From NCBI GenBank assembly GCA_030586555.1, contig JAURAC010000022.1, forward strand, positions 1 to 56,056: a stretch of DNA of 56,056 bases, read 5' to 3'. Each line of letters opens with the position of its first letter. Position 1 is the stretch's first letter. Below the pieces are notes generated by a model. The model had not been told where the DNA came from and did not search any database. It saw nothing but the letters and a program-made list of their open reading frames with translations. Origin of the DNA: Candidatus Subterrananammoxibius californiae. GTDB lineage: Bacteria; Planctomycetota; Brocadiia; Brocadiales; Subterrananammoxibiaceae. Of the stretch, positions 38,301 to 45,640 are shown one piece after another. Both the position numbers and the translations under genes were made by a program.

Positions 38301-39019
38301 TGATAAACAGTGAAAACGGCGTCCTCAGGGGCTATGTACTCTTGAACGTAAGGGGCAGGGACCCTGTAGGTTTTGTAAATGAGGCATCGAAAATAGTAGA
38401 GGCTGAGATGAAAGGCAAGATACCCAAGGGTTATTTTATCCAGTGGAGCGGGCAGTTTGAAAACATGGTCAGGGCAAGAAAGACATTAATGCTTCTCGTT
38501 CCCCTGAGCCTGTTCCTGAACTTCATGATAATCTACATGGATTTTAAGAGGGTGAGCCTTTGCATAAACGTGTTCCTGGCAATACCAATCACGCTTTCTG
38601 GTGGGTTATGGCTCTTGCAAATAGGCGGCTTCAACTTCAGTGTGGCGGTATGGGTTGGCTTTATTGCCCTCTTTGGCATTGCTGTGGATGATGGCATTCT
38701 TGTAACAACATATCTAAGACAGCTTTTTGCCGAAAGACAGCCAAAAACCATACAGGAGATACGAGATGTTACGGTTGAGGCTGCCATGCAGCGCATCCGT
38801 CCCATGATGATGACGACACTCAATACAATCATAGGTCTAATGCCTGTCATGTGGGCTACTGGAATGGGCGCTGAGGTGGCAAAGCCAATGGCAATACCTG
38901 CCATTGGAGGCATGACGCTCGAGATACTGACTATGGGCACCGTGCCGTGCCTTTACGCATTTCTTGAGGAACGCAGGTTGAGGAAAAAACTCAAGGCTGA
39001 GTCTGCCTCCGGTGGATAA
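35324..39019 (+). CDS. cusA: Heavy-metal efflux RND permease
   Basis: IDAIPDIGENQ, GPDATGLG, GKEFMPPLDEG, RIDMLATG, RIRPMMMT motifs. Confidence 0.92.
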   Translation: MVSKLIRYCLENRFVIIIFYCFILFAGYYCLNRMPIDAIPDIGENQSIVFTDWPGRSPTDVENQITYPLTRALQGVPGVKVIRSSSAFGFSMIYLIFKDDINFYWARSRILERLNLAQKWLPPGVIATLGPDATGLGQIFWYTIEGKGYDLAQLRSLQDWFVRYQLNAVEGVSEVAPIGGFVKQYQVDVDPNRMLAHDVKLSEVFNAVRSCNIDIGAKVIEKNMMEYIIRGVGFIKTIEDVENVVVAEKKGVPVYIKNIGKVTFGPEFRRGALDKAGQEVTGGVVIMRYGQNPRQITDRIQAKIKEIEPALPPGVKIVPFYQRKTLINATVATLKEALTEESILASVIVIIFLLNLQTSIVVCITLPLSIMISFIAMYFLKIEANIMSLSGIAIAIGELSDMGIIISENCFRHLQLYRKEKGIIETIYGACSEVGSAVIAANLTTVVSFFPVFALIGQEGKLFRPLAYTKSFALLASLIIALTLIPVLCTFLLRGKIPPPEKNITTRALQAFYRPRLHWILRHKAVFLSIVFTIMIGGFFTAAGAKIITRPFAKVVGLERELAMGKRSHSTIARALWKIEHTIPGMGKEFMPPLDEGSILFMPTMLPNTGITQAVETIGQQDLIIRTFPEVESVVGKVGRAETATDPAPIEMFETIIMLHPKETWLKRKIKKGFVTELTSDVVEWLGENKYIEKLPDDIESIGGDIEHNVSRDVNVFVRERLFEGTPQEQVNRELPGFITDKLAERLALTLNGDKLAKGNPNPSLRGDAVPETISREGIASPSARNDISNDENLPTIIRNAFLDTVTRKLPLVATTKQELIEEMNEELEIPGAANIWTQPIVNRIDMLATGIRTSVGVKVFGVDKDIETTIANIEKIEQQIEAILKRVPGSADLYAERISGKPYIEFIIKRDEIARYGVMLGDVQDVITTAVGGENLTWTVEGRERYPVRVRYLRELRDNVTALKRILVPTPTGAQIPLSQLVDIRMIPGPAMINSENGVLRGYVLLNVRGRDPVGFVNEASKIVEAEMKGKIPKGYFIQWSGQFENMVRARKTLMLLVPLSLFLNFMIIYMDFKRVSLCINVFLAIPITLSGGLWLLQIGGFNFSVAVWVGFIALFGIAVDDGILVTTYLRQLFAERQPKTIQEIRDVTVEAAMQRIRPMMMTTLNTIIGLMPVMWATGMGAEVAKPMAIPAIGGMTLEILTMGTVPCLYAFLEERRLRKKLKAESASGG
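37612..37684. repeat. Full GTCATTGCGAG...CTCGCAATGAC element, in-frame in cusA
   Basis: 73 nt with perfect 11-bp terminal inverted repeats, encoding SLRGDAVPETISREGIASPSARND. Confidence 0.9.
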
Positions 39020-39098
39020 GATGAGGGTGGCATGGACAAACTTGTTTGTCCGTGCATCTGAACGACAAAAAGAGATTCTTCGCTTCGCTCAGAATGAC
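39001..39098. repeat. Cluster of three different palindrome families after cusA
   Basis: tctgcctccggtgga (in the last codons of cusA), gggtggcatggacaaacttgtttgtccgtg, and gagattcttcgcttcgctcagaatgac. Confidence 0.85.
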
Positions 39099-39117
39099 AA
39101 AAACGGGAAGTTTTTCA

Positions 39118-41871
39118 ATGGAAACAAAACACTGGCACACATTAGATACGAAAGATATTATAATTGCGCTATCAACGGATGAGAGAAGAGGCTTAAGTTC
39201 TCAGGAGGCGGATATTCGCCTTAAGAAATACGGTCCAAATAAATTAGCCGAAAAGGAAGGCGAGTCGCCATTATTCCTCTTTATAGGGCAGTTCAGAAAT
39301 TTCATAGTCTGGGTGTTGATTGGCGCTGCGATAGTTTCTGGCATTCTGGGGGAATGGCTCGATGCGACAGCAATCGTGGCGATTGTTATACTTAACGCCA
39401 TCCTCGGCTTCGTTCAGGAATATCGCGCAGAAAAATCCTTAGCCGCCCTGAAGAAATTATCTTCCCCCTCTTCCAAGGTTATAAGGAATGGAGAGATAAC
39501 CGCAATTCCATCCGGCGAGCTTGTGCCAGGAGACCTCGTTGAATTAGAAGCAGGAAGCCTTGTCCCTGCGGATGCAAGGCTTAATATAGCATTTAATCTG
39601 AGAACCCAGGAGGCATCCCTTACAGGAGAATCAACCCCGGTTGACAAAACTATAGATCCACTAACAGATGCCTCAATACCCATTGGTGATAGAAAGAACA
39701 TGGTTTTCATGGGAACCTCCGTTGCCTCTGGTAAGGGAAGGGCGTTCATTGTTGAGACAGGTATGTCCACCCAGCTCGGCAGGATAGCAGGACTCATTCA
39801 GGAGGCTGGCAGAGGAGAGACGCCCCTTCAGAAAAAACTCTCGGATTTTGGGAAATGGCTCGTCTATGGGTGCCTGGGCGTTGTAACGATGGTTTTTGTC
39901 CTTGGGCTTATCAGGGGCGGCGAGCTATTAGAGATGTTTCTTGTATCCGTAAGCCTTGCCGTGGCGGCAATCCCGGAGGGGTTACCAGCCATAGTTACGA
40001 TTGCCTTAGCCCTCGGGGTTCACAGGATGGTTAAGCGTAATGCCCTCATCCGTAAACTTCCATCCGTTGAGACCTTAGGATGCGCAACGGTTATATGCTC
40101 GGATAAAACCGGCACCCTCACGCAGAACGAAATGACTGTCAGGAAGATTTATGCTGACGGTCAGACAATAGAGGTCTCTGGCAGCGGCTACAGCCCCGTT
40201 GGTGATTTCCTAAACAGTAGTATTCCCATTTCGATTGATAAAGACTCCGGTCTCAAATTAGCCCTTGAAACAGGGGTCTTATGTAATAGTTCTTACCTGA
40301 GCAAAAAGAACGGTATGTGGACGGTGGTGGGCGACCCTACGGAAGGGGCATTACTAAGCGCTGCAGGCAAAGCGGGTATATGGAAGGATGAGCTTGAAGG
40401 CAAATACCCGCTTGTGTGGGAGATACCATTTGACTCGCAACGCAAGAAAATGGCAACGGTCCGCAAAGGACCCCTCGGCATGATGGTTTACGAAAAAGGT
40501 GCGCCGGATGTTGTATTAGAGGATTGCTCAAAGATATTCGATAAAGGTGTAACCAGGCTACTAACAAAAAAGGACAAAGAGGAGATTCTTGAAAAAAATA
40601 CAGAATTTGCACGCGGAGCATTGAGGGTGTTAGGATTTGCATGCAGGGTGTTAGGAGATGAACCTCAGATAAAATATGACTCAAGCGCCATTGAAAGGGA
40701 TATGGTATTTGTTGGTCTTTTAGCCATGATGGACCCGCCGAGACCGGAGGCTAAACTTGCCGTCGAGAAGTGCCACAAGGCTGGTATAAACGTGGTGATG
40801 ATTACTGGCGACCATAAAAATACTGCTTTAGCCATAGCAGAGGAGTTGGGAATCTCCAGAAAAGAGGGACATGCGCTTGACGGTACAGAGATAGAAGGAT
40901 TAACGGATGAAGCGCTTGAAAGGGATGTTGAAAATATATCAGTCTATGCAAGGGTCTCGGCAGAACACAAACTGAGGATTGTTAGGGCATTGAGAAAACG
41001 CGGTGAGGTTGTAGCAATGACCGGAGACGGCGTGAATGATGCGCCTGCTATAAAAGAGGCTGACATAGGGGTAGCTATGGGTATAACCGGTACGGACGTT
41101 ACAAAGGAAGCATCCGATATGGTTATTACAGACGATAACTTTGCATCCATAGTGGCTGCTGTGGAAGAAGGACGGGGAATCTATGACAATATAAAGAAAT
41201 TTATACATTACCTGCTTTCATGCAATGCAGGGGAGGTAATGGTAATGTTCTTCTCATCCCTGTTAGGATTGCCCATGCCTTTGTTTCCGATACAAATTCT
41301 CTGGATAAACATGGCAACCGATGGGTTACCCGCATTAGCGCTGGGCGTTGACCCGATAGACCCTAACATAATGAATAGACCTTCAAGAAGAACCGATGAA
41401 GGCATCGTCTCAAAAAGCTTTTTCTCGTGGATATCTGTGCAGGGGTTTGTGATGGCATTAAGCACCCTTCTTGCCTTTATATATGTACTTGATGTGGATG
41501 TCAGCGAATTCTTTGGATGCTGTTCAGTTGACGATGAGTTTGTCCTGGCAAGGGCACGGACTGTGGCATTTTCTGTGCTTGTTTTTACGCAGTTATTCCA
41601 TGCCTTTAACTGCCGAAACGGTCTTGTGTCCATCTTCAAGATAGGTATTTTAGGTAATAAAAAGCTTGTTTTTGCATGCGCAATCTCGGCGTTCTTACAG
41701 TTTGCTATTGTTCAAACGCCTTTTTTAAACAAGATATTTAATACCGTTCCACTAAGGGCTGTAGATTGGCTATATATTTTTATAGCATCTTCGTTTATAA
41801 TATGGGTAATGGAAGGAATAAAATTCATCAAAGCGGTTAAAGCTACGAAACCCGTTGCGTCCAAAGGGTAA
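39118..41871 (+). CDS. P2A-type (Ca2+-like) cation-translocating P-type ATPase
   Basis: [48 protein letters not shown] 39118 preferred. Confidence 0.9.
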   Translation: METKHWHTLDTKDIIIALSTDERRGLSSQEADIRLKKYGPNKLAEKEGESPLFLFIGQFRNFIVWVLIGAAIVSGILGEWLDATAIVAIVILNAILGFVQEYRAEKSLAALKKLSSPSSKVIRNGEITAIPSGELVPGDLVELEAGSLVPADARLNIAFNLRTQEASLTGESTPVDKTIDPLTDASIPIGDRKNMVFMGTSVASGKGRAFIVETGMSTQLGRIAGLIQEAGRGETPLQKKLSDFGKWLVYGCLGVVTMVFVLGLIRGGELLEMFLVSVSLAVAAIPEGLPAIVTIALALGVHRMVKRNALIRKLPSVETLGCATVICSDKTGTLTQNEMTVRKIYADGQTIEVSGSGYSPVGDFLNSSIPISIDKDSGLKLALETGVLCNSSYLSKKNGMWTVVGDPTEGALLSAAGKAGIWKDELEGKYPLVWEIPFDSQRKKMATVRKGPLGMMVYEKGAPDVVLEDCSKIFDKGVTRLLTKKDKEEILEKNTEFARGALRVLGFACRVLGDEPQIKYDSSAIERDMVFVGLLAMMDPPRPEAKLAVEKCHKAGINVVMITGDHKNTALAIAEELGISRKEGHALDGTEIEGLTDEALERDVENISVYARVSAEHKLRIVRALRKRGEVVAMTGDGVNDAPAIKEADIGVAMGITGTDVTKEASDMVITDDNFASIVAAVEEGRGIYDNIKKFIHYLLSCNAGEVMVMFFSSLLGLPMPLFPIQILWINMATDGLPALALGVDPIDPNIMNRPSRRTDEGIVSKSFFSWISVQGFVMALSTLLAFIYVLDVDVSEFFGCCSVDDEFVLARARTVAFSVLVFTQLFHAFNCRNGLVSIFKIGILGNKKLVFACAISAFLQFAIVQTPFLNKIFNTVPLRAVDWLYIFIASSFIIWVMEGIKFIKAVKATKPVASKG

Positions 41872-41971
41872 AGGCAACGTCAAAAAGACGAAGGACGTAA
41901 CCAATAGACGAGACTGGCATCGTTACCTTACCCTTAACCGCATGGTGTTATTTAATTGGGAGGTGTTCGTT

Positions 41972-42076
41972 ATGTTTACAGAAAAATTAAAAGCGTTCTT
42001 TGCAAAAGTCAAAGAGAGCTTTGGAAGATGCCCATGCTTTAGCAAAGGCAAACCAGAGGAAACAGCAAAGAAGTAA
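41972..42076 (+). CDS. Possible 34-aa small protein with a CPC motif
   Basis: SD gggagg precedes the ATG. MFTEKLKAFFAKVKESFGRCPCFSKGKPEETAKK. Confidence 0.4.
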   Translation: MFTEKLKAFFAKVKESFGRCPCFSKGKPEETAKK

Positions 42077-42193
42077 ATCAAATTAACGGTGTTTGCGGAA
42101 GGAAAGGAGGTTAGATGGAAGCAATCTTTCTGAGAAATGCTGGGTTTTTTATAAATTGAACCGAAAACAATCTTGAAAAGGAGATAAAAAAAC

Positions 42194-42643
42194 ATGAAGC
42201 GTATCTTTTGCCTCGCATCAATAATAGCCTTTTTTGTAGCGCTTACAATTGGATATAGCGGTAGAACATTGTTTGCTTGTGGTGGGTGTTCTACCAAGGC
42301 GGAACATCCTCAAGCGCAGGTTAAAAACTCACCATCATTGGTGAGGGTGGCAGAAGGTGCTGAGACACTCACCGACCCTGTATGCACTATGGAGGTGAAA
42401 AAAGACCCTGAAAAGTCTATCGAGCACGAAGGGTACACATATTACTTCTGTTCTAAGGCATGCATGGAGAAATTTAAAGGGGATACTAAAAAGTATGCCT
42501 GTCCATGTGTTGATATAAAACCAGGATGCAATTGCTATCACTGCACCGGCAAAGGGGTTGCTTGCGAATGTTTGAAAGAACTCAAAAAAAAGGGTGAAAA
42601 ACACGAACACAAACACGAAGGCGGTGAAGAACATCCACACTAA
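42194..42643 (+). CDS. Secreted YHS-domain, Cys/His-rich metal-binding protein
   Basis: Signal peptide, DPVCTMEV...YYFCSKACMEKF, CPC..CNCYHC..CEC, and an HEHKHE tail. Confidence 0.8.
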   Translation: MKRIFCLASIIAFFVALTIGYSGRTLFACGGCSTKAEHPQAQVKNSPSLVRVAEGAETLTDPVCTMEVKKDPEKSIEHEGYTYYFCSKACMEKFKGDTKKYACPCVDIKPGCNCYHCTGKGVACECLKELKKKGEKHEHKHEGGEEHPH

Positions 42644-42654
42644 ACCCTTTTAAA

Positions 42655-42727
42655 TTACAGGTAACAGGTTACAGGTACAGTGTGTGATTCCTCCTTTTCT
42701 CCTGTATCTTGTTTCCTGTTGCCTGTC
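42655..42727. repeat. Inverted heptamer array (ACAGGTT/CCTGTT)
   Basis: acaggta-acaggtt-acaggt / cctgtat-cttgttt-cctgttg-cctgt. Confidence 0.75.
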
Positions 42728-42749
42728 GCCTTATTCGGGGAATAGCTGC

Positions 42750-42998
42750 TTGAAAGGATTAATAAAAAAAATACTAAAGAACACCCTTGGTGTAATGCTT
42801 ATTATTCTTGGTCTTGTTATACTCTTTACGCCATTTACGCCGGGCTCGTGGATAGCCCTTATCGGTCTTTCTTTACTGGATTTCCCTGGGAAAAGGAGGC
42901 TTGTAGCCAAACTCAAAGCGACCGGATTTTACATGCGCCGCATTGCCCCTGTAGAGGAAAGGATAAGAAAGAAATTAAAAAAACGCAATATTATCTGA
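42750..42998 (+). CDS. Small membrane protein (PGPGW-like motif)
   Basis: GVMLIILGLVILFTPFTPGSWIALIGLSLLDFPGK. Start uncertain. Confidence 0.6.
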   Translation: MKGLIKKILKNTLGVMLIILGLVILFTPFTPGSWIALIGLSLLDFPGKRRLVAKLKATGFYMRRIAPVEERIRKKLKKRNII

Positions 42999-43005
42999 AT
43001 TAAGG

Positions 43006-44100
43006 ATGTTTGATATGACCGTCTTTGATGCACGTTTCAAATATAATCTTCGTATATTTACGAATGCCTTACTACCATGGGCAGTACGTTCGATAGGACG
43101 GATATGGACGATACAGGGTCTTTATCGGAATGCTATGAAGGCACAGAAAAGACGTATGCGGGTCCAAAAAGAAATGGGCTTTCCTGTACCGCCGACCGTA
43201 GTCTTTAGCATTACTTCTTACTGCAATCTTAGTTGTGACTTTTGTTACAGCAGGGATTACAATGAAACCTACTCACTGCCCCAAGAGTTGTTTGAGGGCG
43301 CGCTGACACAAGCTAAAGAGTTGGGTTGCTTCTTCTTTACACTTACAGGTGGTGAGCCTCTTCTCTATCCAAACCTGCTGGAAGTATTATCACATCATCC
43401 CGATGCGGTATTTTTTCTTATTACTAATGGTACACGGATAACTTCAACCACTGCCGATGTACTCTCGAAACATCCAAATATAATTCCCATTATTAGTCTG
43501 GAGGGTGGCGCTGAAGCTACCGATAGGCGGCGTGGAGAGGGCGTTTATCAACAAATAAGTAATGGGGTTAGATACCTTCGCGAAAGGGACTCGCTTTTTG
43601 GATTTTCCATTACCGTAACGTCCCAGAATTGTTATTCCCTACAAAAAGAAGCCATATTTGAAGAGCAGTTTCCACTGGACAGTAGACTTGGATTTTTTAT
43701 AGAATATGTGCCTGCAGGCAAGATGCCTGATTACAGTTTATGTTTAACGCAAGAACAACGTTCTTCATTTCGTCAATGGTTTTTGTGCCTCAAGGCGAGC
43801 AAGAATATGTTCCTTGTACATTTTCCAGGGGATGAGGAATTGCTTTATGGGTGCAGAGAGGCTGGGAAAGGCTTTGTTCATATTAATCCTCAAGGATTTG
43901 TAGAGCCTTGCGCACTTATACAGAATGATAAGTACAATATTAATAAAATGCCATTTAAAGCTTGCCTTGGCGCATTATTTTCTGAGGTAAACAGGCATGG
44001 TGATGATTATTCCAACATTGAAAATCATCCATGTATGGCAAGCTTTAGCAAGGATTTTTTGCAAAAAACATCTGGAAGTGTCGTACGCATAATGGTATAA
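43006..44100 (+). CDS. Radical SAM protein
   Basis: CNLSCDFC, TGGEP, ITNG, and C-terminal GC...HINPQGFVEPC (Twitch/SPASM-like). Confidence 0.88.
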   Translation: MFDMTVFDARFKYNLRIFTNALLPWAVRSIGRIWTIQGLYRNAMKAQKRRMRVQKEMGFPVPPTVVFSITSYCNLSCDFCYSRDYNETYSLPQELFEGALTQAKELGCFFFTLTGGEPLLYPNLLEVLSHHPDAVFFLITNGTRITSTTADVLSKHPNIIPIISLEGGAEATDRRRGEGVYQQISNGVRYLRERDSLFGFSITVTSQNCYSLQKEAIFEEQFPLDSRLGFFIEYVPAGKMPDYSLCLTQEQRSSFRQWFLCLKASKNMFLVHFPGDEELLYGCREAGKGFVHINPQGFVEPCALIQNDKYNINKMPFKACLGALFSEVNRHGDDYSNIENHPCMASFSKDFLQKTSGSVVRIMV

Positions 44101-44319
44101 TTACCAACATTGTAAGAGGCACAAAAAGTCTGCTGACAAAGATATTGTGCTGTTGGTAATTTTAGCTGTTAGACCTTTTTAAAGGTAAGGACGGGAATAC
44201 CTAACGTGGACACCCCATGATGCACGGTTTGAAAGGAGGTGATGTAAAGAGGAAAAATCTTTAATTTCCGGCTCAACTTTATTAATAGTCAGGTATTGCA
44301 AACATAGAGGAGGAGTAAA

Positions 44320-44820
44320 ATGAGCAAAAAAGGTTTAATAGGGTGTTCGATAGGCTTTTTGATGACAATGTTTCTTGTTTGTGGGGCAGTTCTTGCAGGA
44401 GAAAAAGCATCAGAAAAGGCATTAGCGCCTGAAATAAAGTCGCCAATGCTTGTGTGTCCAAATTGTAAGGAGGTAAGGCTTGGACCTAAAAAGGGTATTG
44501 CGCTGGCGCAAAAGGTTCATGTGTGTGAGGACTGCAAGACGGATATAACGCAGTATGATGTTCATACTTGCGAGAAATGCGGCAAGGATGTCCTGGTATG
44601 TCCTATGTGCGCAACGATGCAGGCGCAGGCAGCGTCGCCAATGTGTCCAGAGTGCAAGACGGTAAGACTTCCTCCAAGGAAAGGGTTGGAGTTAGCTAAA
44701 ACTGTCATTGTATGCGATGTGTGCAAGAAGGAGATTACCGAAGTTGAAAAATACGTTTGCGACCAATGTAAGAAGGAATTCATTGCGTGCCCCTCGTGCA
44801 AGAAGATTTTGTCAAAATAA
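44320..44820 (+). CDS. Secreted protein with 8 CxxC motifs in two tandem repeats
   Basis: SD gaggag, signal peptide, and CPNC, CEDC, CEKC, CPMC, CPEC, CDVC, CDQC, CPSC. Confidence 0.8.
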   Translation: MSKKGLIGCSIGFLMTMFLVCGAVLAGEKASEKALAPEIKSPMLVCPNCKEVRLGPKKGIALAQKVHVCEDCKTDITQYDVHTCEKCGKDVLVCPMCATMQAQAASPMCPECKTVRLPPRKGLELAKTVIVCDVCKKEITEVEKYVCDQCKKEFIACPSCKKILSK

Positions 44821-44846
44821 ATTGTAAAGGACAAAAATGAGTCTCT

Positions 44847-44882
44847 AAAAAAAGGCGGGACGTCTTTGTCCCGCCTTTTTTA
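44847..44882. terminator. Bidirectional intrinsic terminator
   Basis: aaaaaaggcgggac-gtcttt-gtcccgcctttttt between convergent genes. Confidence 0.85.
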
Positions 44883-44893
44883 TTGTCATGGTG

Positions 44894-45304
44894 CTACTTA
44901 AAACTTAAGTTATGAGTATTTGTCAAAAACGATTTTATCCCTTTTAAGAATTCGTCTGCCTCTGTAATAGCCTTTTTCGCATCACTATCCTCAAATGATG
45001 TAAAAATATCATAATCGCCGTTTTCTCTTTCATCCTTTATTTCATTAAGCCAGCGCCCAAATTTCTTATCAATTTTGCCTGTAACTATAAAGCGCAACCC
45101 AAACATTGTTTTTAGGGCGCTATGTGTCCCCACAGTAACACCTTCGGAAAAAAGCGCAGCACTTGCGGCATGAAACATGGAATAATATGCCCTTGATATG
45201 GCGTCATCATAAAATGCTTCCTTAGCTAACGATTTTGCGGCTTCCAACTTTTCATGACTTTTTGCTATCTGGCTTTTTATCAACTCCTCTATGGCACGCT
45301 CCAT
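44894..45304 (-). CDS. HEPN domain protein
   Basis: DDAISRAYYSMFHAA...THSAL...RENGDY. Confidence 0.88.
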   Translation of the reverse strand: MERAIEELIKSQIAKSHEKLEAAKSLAKEAFYDDAISRAYYSMFHAASAALFSEGVTVGTHSALKTMFGLRFIVTGKIDKKFGRWLNEIKDERENGDYDIFTSFEDSDAKKAITEADEFLKGIKSFLTNTHNLSFK

Positions 45305-45636
45305 AATTCCCTTCCGGTCTTTTTAATCTGCGCCATGAATGGGGTTGGCAGTGACATCGTCTTATTAAAGGTATCTTCAGTATATATTTTCAACGAAATA
45401 TCTACCTCATAGCGTTCGAGAAAACTCATTACTTCATCATATAGCCCATCAATAACCCCCCTGTCTTTTCTTTTTAGAACCACCAAAAGGTCATAGTCAG
45501 AACCTGGCGCTGCCACGCCCTTTGCCCTGGAGCCAAAGAGGATTATCTTCAAGACTTCCGCGGGAAATCTCTTAATAACGGTTTCTGCAAATTCTTTTTC
45601 GATGCTTTTTTTTCTTATGGTTTCCTTAGTTCTCAT
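45289..45636 (-). CDS. Minimal nucleotidyltransferase
   Basis: ILFGSRAKGVAAPGSDYDLLVV. ATG 45636 preferred. Confidence 0.88.
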   Translation of the reverse strand: MRTKETIRKKSIEKEFAETVIKRFPAEVLKIILFGSRAKGVAAPGSDYDLLVVLKRKDRGVIDGLYDEVMSFLERYEVDISLKIYTEDTFNKTMSLPTPFMAQIKKTGRELWSVP

Positions 45637-45640
45637 AACC

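Noticed and set aside
39046..39117. N-terminal extensions in the ORF track (also 18181, 26198, 45702, 50741, 52101, 54617, 6361)
   Set aside because: They run through repeat, promoter or overlapping-gene DNA. Downstream starts fit the protein families better.
41868..41935. Resemblance to a c-di-GMP-I riboswitch (AAAGGCAA...GGACG)
   Set aside because: The GAAA tetraloop and second stem do not match the consensus as I recall it. Needs an Rfam scan.
44320..44820. Canonical multiheme cytochrome c
   Set aside because: No CxxCH motif is present.
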